Shown here piece after piece: positions 54,599-59,367 of a DNA stretch of 59,367 bases; position 1 is the first letter of the stretch; every line of letters begins with the position of its first letter. The notes below the pieces were generated by a model. That model searched no databases and had not been told where the DNA came from. It saw nothing but the letters and a program-made list of their open reading frames with translations. This DNA is from a virus (taxonomy: Duplodnaviria; Caudoviricetes), in IMG/VR virus record IMGVR_UViG_3300037419_001059, positions 1-59,367 of that record. One strand, written 5' to 3'. The translations under genes and the position numbers were made by a program.

Positions 54599-54949
54599 AT
54601 GGCCCTCGACAGCACCGCCGACTACATCCGCCTCGCGCGGGTCAACCTCAACGACGGTGATCCCACGAGCTACCGCTACCCCGACGCGACGATGCTGGAC
54701 GGGCTCCAGCAGGGCGTGGACGACATGCGCCGGCTGCGGCCGGATCTGTTCATCGACGATCCCGATGGCATGGAGACCATCGTCAGTGCCGGTGCCGATC
54801 TCCAACTCATCGACCGGCAATACCGCTCGGCGCTGCTCGATTACCTCGTCGCCTACTGTGAGAACACCGACGACGAAGGCGCCGACAAGGGCCGGTCCAC
54901 ATCGTTCCGCGCGCTGTTCGCGGCGAAGCTGACGGGGGCCACGGTATGA
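54599..54949 (+). CDS. Head-tail adaptor-like protein
   Basis: AR..LND.....RY.D......LRPDLF motif; follows the capsid gene. Confidence 0.6.
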   Translation: MALDSTADYIRLARVNLNDGDPTSYRYPDATMLDGLQQGVDDMRRLRPDLFIDDPDGMETIVSAGADLQLIDRQYRSALLDYLVAYCENTDDEGADKGRSTSFRALFAAKLTGATV

Positions 54950-55866
54950 GCGCGCTCACCGATAACACCTACCGACTGATCCGCGCGCAGGTCACGGGTG
55001 CGACCGACCGTCTGGTGAAGCTCGCGCTGTTCGAGACGGTGAGCGAGCTGTGCCGGCTGTCGCTCAAGACGGCGCCGCCGGCCGATCCGACCTCCGACTA
55101 CACGACGTGGCTGACGGAAGATCAGTGGTTGCAGAACCACTCGCTGGTCAACGCCGGCACCCTGGCGCGGCTCTACGCCATGCCGAAGCGCCCCTGGACC
55201 GACCTCGACAGCGCCAAGATCCAGAAGGACCTGTACGACACGCTGTTGTCCTACGCCCGCGCCGACGCCGCCGAGACGCCGGACATCGACCCGAGTTCGC
55301 GGCTGATCAGCTCCGTGATGTCGCGCCTGCCGGGGGCCAAGGACAGTCAGATCCGGCTCGCCCTGTTCGATGTACTTCAGGACGCGTGCTCGCGCGGACA
55401 CATCTGGGTCGAGAAGGTGCCGTACCGGCTTGAGGTCGGGCTTCAGGTCTTTTCCATCGCGCAGCCGCAGGCGCGGATCGTGATGCTGGTAGACGCCGCG
55501 CATCCGCAATTGGATCGGCGCGCGATCTCCTACTCGAACGAGAAGATCGCGATTTCGACCGATATCGCGAAGCTCCATGCGGAGGATTTTCTGTATTTGA
55601 CGCTCGCTCTTGCGCCATCGTTGGATGTAGATATGGAAAATCCGCAATCGTGGATCCCGGCCGATCTGTGGAATAGTAAGTACACGTTACTGCTTAACGG
55701 TGTACTTGGCGCGATGATGTTGCAAACCGCGAAACCGTATAGTAATACGGGCCTTGGTCAATTCCACAATGCGGTCTATAGCCGGGAGATGGTTGCATCG
55801 CCGCTAGTTGATCGAGAGGGCGGTCTACCCGTTAGGCAGCACTGGCGCTTCCCGAGGTTCGCATGA
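54946..55866 (+). CDS. Tail tubular protein A / adaptor-like protein with internal duplication
   Basis: Two related halves: GATDRLVKLALFE / GAKDSQIRLALFD and GTLARLYAMPKRPWTD / GVLGAMMLQTAKPYSN. Confidence 0.55.
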   Translation: MSALTDNTYRLIRAQVTGATDRLVKLALFETVSELCRLSLKTAPPADPTSDYTTWLTEDQWLQNHSLVNAGTLARLYAMPKRPWTDLDSAKIQKDLYDTLLSYARADAAETPDIDPSSRLISSVMSRLPGAKDSQIRLALFDVLQDACSRGHIWVEKVPYRLEVGLQVFSIAQPQARIVMLVDAAHPQLDRRAISYSNEKIAISTDIAKLHAEDFLYLTLALAPSLDVDMENPQSWIPADLWNSKYTLLLNGVLGAMMLQTAKPYSNTGLGQFHNAVYSREMVASPLVDREGGLPVRQHWRFPRFA

Positions 55867-56654
55867 GCATTGGCATTAGTCTGACCGGAGCCCGCGCCAG
55901 GGCAATCGACAGCGCAGCGGCGCTGAGCCCGTCTTACATCGTGGAATACTCCCGGCTGATCGACGCCGGGATGGTGTTCAAGTGGGACGCGTCCGGCCCG
56001 AAAGCCGGACTGGTGAACTTCCTCAACGCGTTGCCGGAGTTCACCTATCTGGCGCTCGATGAGCAGCCGATCCGCTTGTACGTTAAGCGGACGCGTCCTG
56101 GCGTGCAGCCGGCGCAGTGGGACCCAGGCCCGGCGATGCCGGACTTCTCGTTGCAGCAGCTCCTCGATTCAGAGGGGGCCGCAACGCAGTCCGCGCAGAC
56201 GGCCATCGCTAAGGCCGCGAGTGCGAGCGCATCGGCCGCGAGTGCGAGCGCATCGGCCGCGCAGGCCAGCACCGCGCAGATTGCGTCGCATGTGTCGGCA
56301 CAACAGGCAGCACAAGCCGCCGCAGAGGCCGTCGCGTTGATCGGCGTGCAGTTCCCGCTGCCGATCCCCCTGATGCTTCAGTCGTTGCTGTCCGCGACCG
56401 GTGCGCTCCTACCGACCTCGCCGCCGGCTGGTTTAGGTCAGCCGTGGCTGGACAACGGTGTGCTGGTGTTCACGCCGAGCACGCCAGAGGCCAACGCCGC
56501 CGCAATCGCTGCGGCCGAAGCTGTCAACCAGAACCAGCTCAACCCGGCTCAAATCGCAATTCTGCTCCAAGGCATGGCCGCAAGCCTGCCGACAGATCCC
56601 CCCGCAGGTGCCGGCCAGCCATGGCTGAACAACGGCGTCCTCGCGTTCACGTAA
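55863..56654 (+). CDS. Virion-associated protein with Ala/Ser linker and duplicated LPTxPPAG..QPWLxNGVL motif
   Basis: Repeats are visible in the translation; 21-bp tandem repeat at 56213-56254. Confidence 0.55.
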   Translation: MSIGISLTGARARAIDSAAALSPSYIVEYSRLIDAGMVFKWDASGPKAGLVNFLNALPEFTYLALDEQPIRLYVKRTRPGVQPAQWDPGPAMPDFSLQQLLDSEGAATQSAQTAIAKAASASASAASASASAAQASTAQIASHVSAQQAAQAAAEAVALIGVQFPLPIPLMLQSLLSATGALLPTSPPAGLGQPWLDNGVLVFTPSTPEANAAAIAAAEAVNQNQLNPAQIAILLQGMAASLPTDPPAGAGQPWLNNGVLAFT

Positions 56655-56667
56655 TAGGGCCGGCGCT

Positions 56668-57330
56668 ATGGATATGACCGTACCCCTACCCGCTGCGGCC
56701 ATGCTCGACTTCATCGCCGCCCGTGAGGCGCCGAAGGGGTACAATACCGTTTATGCCAACCGCATGGCACAGATGCCTAAGCCGCTCACCAGCATGACGC
56801 TGGCAGAGGTGATCGCGGATGGCCCACGACGGACGAAGGCTTTCGGCTCGTCGGCAGCCGGCCGCTACCAGTTCATGACCGCGACGCTCCAAGATCTGCG
56901 CAAGTCGCTGGTCCTTATGGGCGACGACCTATTCTCGCCTGATCTACAAGACCGGCTCGGTTACGCCCTGCTCCAGCGTCGAGGCTACGCAAAGTTCATG
57001 TCTGGCACGATGTCGGCGACTGCGTTCGGCCTGGGCCTCGCCCAGGAGTGGGCATCGTTCCCGGTGCTGACCGCCTGTAAGGGCGCGAGCCGTACCGTCG
57101 CGCGGGGGCAGAGCTATTACGCGGGCGATGGCGTCAACAAGGCCCTGGTGCAGCCGGAGGCGGTTGAGGCGATGCTCGCCAGTGCCCTCGCGGCCCACGC
57201 GGTCGCGTCAGGGGCGCCCGTCGTCGCCCCACCCCAGGCTAACAGCCCAGCCCTGCCGCCGGCTGCCACGACCGTCCAAACCGGCGGCCTATGGGCTGCC
57301 GTCGTCTCACTGTTCAAGAAGGCAGCCTGA
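56668..57330 (+). CDS. Endolysin (lambda R-like lysozyme/transglycosylase)
   Basis: LDFIAARE, SAAGRYQF, FSP..QD and EWASFP motifs. Confidence 0.85.
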   Translation: MDMTVPLPAAAMLDFIAAREAPKGYNTVYANRMAQMPKPLTSMTLAEVIADGPRRTKAFGSSAAGRYQFMTATLQDLRKSLVLMGDDLFSPDLQDRLGYALLQRRGYAKFMSGTMSATAFGLGLAQEWASFPVLTACKGASRTVARGQSYYAGDGVNKALVQPEAVEAMLASALAAHAVASGAPVVAPPQANSPALPPAATTVQTGGLWAAVVSLFKKAA

Positions 57331-57332
57331 TC

Positions 57333-57893
57333 ATGGACGGTTGGCAGAGCATCGCGGGGCAGCTCGCGCAGATCGGGCTTCCGGCGCTGGGCGGCCTGTT
57401 CGGCGGGCCGCTAGGCAGCACTATCGGTGGGATCGTCGGCAAGGGGGTCGCTGCGGCGCTCGGTGTCGAGCCGACCCCGCAAGCCGTGTCTACCGCCATC
57501 ACCGCCAATCCGGCCGACGCGCAGATCAAGCTAGCACAGATCGAGGCCGAGACCAAAAGTCAGCAAGCATACCTCGCCGACCTCGCCAATGCGCGCGGTA
57601 CGACGGTGCAGCTCGCGCAGGCTGGGTCAAAGATCGCCTGGGGCGCCCCTGTGGTGTCGGTAATCATCAGCCTGGGCTTCTTCACGGTTATGTTCATGCT
57701 GTTCTTCGTTAAGGCCGAGATGCCGCAGAGCGTGTTCCAGCTTCTCAGCATCTTGTTCGGCGTGCTGGCAACCATGTTCAGTCAGGTCGGCAACTACTGG
57801 CTCGGCTCGTCCGAGGGTTCGCGCCGGAACGCAGACGCGGTTCGCGAGGTCGCCCGCAGCGCCGTGACGCCCGCCCCGGTGGTCAAGCGCTGA
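57333..57893 (+). CDS. Holin-like membrane protein
   Basis: C-terminal hydrophobic segments with YWLGSS; directly after the endolysin. Confidence 0.7.
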   Translation: MDGWQSIAGQLAQIGLPALGGLFGGPLGSTIGGIVGKGVAAALGVEPTPQAVSTAITANPADAQIKLAQIEAETKSQQAYLADLANARGTTVQLAQAGSKIAWGAPVVSVIISLGFFTVMFMLFFVKAEMPQSVFQLLSILFGVLATMFSQVGNYWLGSSEGSRRNADAVREVARSAVTPAPVVKR

Positions 57894-57927
57894 TCACAGT
57901 TGATCCGTGGATCAAAAGGGATGTATC

Positions 57928-58458
57928 GTGGACCCGTCCAGTGCGATCAACATCATCAGCGGCCTCACGGGGGTTGTCGGTACGATCGCTGCGGTGATCG
58001 GGTTCACGTACAAGCGGGGCGGCGAGGAAGCCGTCTCGCAACAGAAGTTGACCGCCCTGCAAAAGCAGATCACTGACTTTCAGGAGCTGCTGAAGGATTT
58101 CACGAACGCTGCCGAGAAAAAGCACGACGCGCTCGACAATAAGCTTGAGAAGCGTATCGTGGAGGTTGATGCCAAACTCAAAGATGTGCATGAGCGCATC
58201 GAGCGACACGCGAAGGAATTCGATGCGAAGTTCGCAGCCTATGGTGCGTTCGAACGTTTGTTCTCCGATAGGCTCTCAGAGGAGCGGCAGTTCCTTTTAG
58301 AGAACTATATGAACCGCGGTGATATTCTGAGGATGGAGACAAAGCAGCAGAAGAGCCAGGAAGAGATCTTCAAGCATTTCGACAAGCTTGAAGCGAAACT
58401 GGATCACTACATCGAACAGATCGGCGTACAGCGATCTGAAGCCAGGAGAGCGACATGA
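57928..58458 (+). CDS. Membrane-anchored coiled-coil protein
   Basis: N-terminal TM segment followed by a coiled coil. GTG start after AAGGGA. Confidence 0.55.
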   Translation: MDPSSAINIISGLTGVVGTIAAVIGFTYKRGGEEAVSQQKLTALQKQITDFQELLKDFTNAAEKKHDALDNKLEKRIVEVDAKLKDVHERIERHAKEFDAKFAAYGAFERLFSDRLSEERQFLLENYMNRGDILRMETKQQKSQEEIFKHFDKLEAKLDHYIEQIGVQRSEARRAT

Positions 58459-59231
58459 CAAATTCCATCGAAGGTTTCGAAGATCACGAGATCTCGCACC
58501 TCTCCCCGAGGATGCGCGAGAAGCTTGCCGCCGAACGCAATCGCGGCAAGGCATCGGTCAGCGATGCGCAGAAGGCCGCCGACTACAACCGGCAGATTCA
58601 GGAGCGGGCGCGCGAACATAAGCGCCTGGACCCGGAGGAGATCCGCAAGCAGCGTGAGCATGCGCAGACGCGCCGGGCCGAGTTGGCCGCCGAGCAGCAG
58701 GCCGAGAACTCGACCGCCAACCTCCAGAAGGAGGCCGAGGACGCCCACGAGAGCCTTACCGGCGTGAACTACACGCCCGATCCGGCTGCGGCTGCCGCCG
58801 CGAGGGAATTGGTCCGCCAGCGCGTGGAGCAGGCACGTCGTGTTGGCCTTCAGCCGAACCAGGGCTTCATCGGCCATCCCGAGGCGTCCGAGGAGCAGGC
58901 GCTCGCCGCCGAGGCCAACGCCGCCAAGGAGGTGCAGGACCGCGCCGACGCCGCCAACTACGACGCGGCGGGCACCTACCAGGGCCACACGGACGACGTG
59001 GTGGCCCCGGCCTACGACGAGTGGGGCAACCCGCTCGGCGACGGCAACGAGAACGAGCAGGCCGGCGGCGTCGAGGAGACCCAGGAAGGCAACGGCCAGC
59101 CCGAGTACGTGCCGGAGCTGACCGCGACCGATCTGATGGGTGGCGTCGGCGAGCCCGAGCAGCGCCCGCGCCGTCGTGGTCGTCCGCCGAAGGGGCAGCA
59201 GGCCATCGGTGACGGGCCGAAGTCTGAGTAA
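58455..59231 (+). CDS. Acidic hypothetical protein with C-terminal AT-hook-like RRRGRPPK
   Basis: 258 aa; the motif is visible in the translation. Confidence 0.6.
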   Translation: MTNSIEGFEDHEISHLSPRMREKLAAERNRGKASVSDAQKAADYNRQIQERAREHKRLDPEEIRKQREHAQTRRAELAAEQQAENSTANLQKEAEDAHESLTGVNYTPDPAAAAAARELVRQRVEQARRVGLQPNQGFIGHPEASEEQALAAEANAAKEVQDRADAANYDAAGTYQGHTDDVVAPAYDEWGNPLGDGNENEQAGGVEETQEGNGQPEYVPELTATDLMGGVGEPEQRPRRRGRPPKGQQAIGDGPKSE

Positions 59232-59367
59232 TTGATCCACCGGATCAATTTGTGAAAGGTCGCGGCGGTGGTCGGCATCCTCCTCAAGGACTTCACGGGT
59301 TGCACGCCCAAGTTGGACGTGCGCTCGCTGCCGGATAACGCCGCCGCGTCCTCCATCAACCAGCGCC
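59196..59367. repeat. Terminal overlap, right copy
   Basis: Repeats 1-172, including the end of ORF 58455-59231 and the start of ORF 73-1818. Confidence 0.95.

Larger units (their letters stand above)
37..59248. repeat. Dispersed 16-17 bp palindrome TTGATCC-N2(3)-GGATCAA, ~34 loci (putative operator/protein-binding array)
   Basis: Start coordinates, found by eye. Perfect arms: 14282, 19173, 25886, 27301, 34798, 42074, 42595, 45634, 53503, 54532, 57900. 3-nt centre: 37(=59232), 9721. GGAGCA-type arm variants: 8467, 32048, 35026, 37248, 37372, 38694, 39227, 44484, 44606, 48913. Other 1-2 mismatch copies: 5323, 23100, 28143, 29791, 38396, 39815, 41548, 42376, 45057, 51653, 52361. Confidence 0.95.

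Noticed and set aside
37-59248. Palindrome as an FNR/FixK box
   Set aside because: FNR-type sites are TTGAT-N4-ATCAA. Here the spacer is N6-7 with fixed CC..GG, and many sites lie inside genes.
37-59248. Palindrome array as CRISPR or REP/MITE elements
   Set aside because: Copies are dispersed kilobases apart with no regular spacers, target duplications, cas operon or transposase.

Overview
The window appears to be a complete, circularly permuted ~59.2 kb GC-rich temperate podovirus-like phage genome (172-bp overlap, 1-172 = 59196-59367). The host is probably alphaproteobacterial, inferred from a GTTC-N7-GTTC SOS box and the integrase type. Layout: (i) a rightward virion/lysis block, 49536-59231 continuing into 73-14556, with portal, scaffold, major capsid, head-tail proteins, endolysin/holin, tail tubular protein, GNAT and three internal virion proteins including a 2273-aa polyvalent protein; (ii) a leftward replication/early arm, 14673-40372, with a methyltransferase moron, an amber-interrupted dCTP deaminase, primase-helicase, SSB-like protein, SNF2 helicase, VRR-NUC, exonuclease, PolA, vWA + AAA ATPase and many small ORFs; (iii) a control region with hairpin clusters; (iv) a tyrosine integrase with an attP-like site, an SOS-box gene, a signal-peptide beta-helix protein, and terminase genes divergent from the portal. 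The most striking unexplained structure is a 16-bp palindrome, TTGATCC-NN-GGATCAA, at ~34 loci tiling the whole genome. It sits at gene junctions, is fused to ribosome-binding sites and occurs inside core genes, and its centre is the only place where the two terminal-overlap copies differ. A second is a five-member family of mini-genes with conserved ends and unrelated cores, slotted between early genes. All calls come from manual motif reading; no database searches were run.
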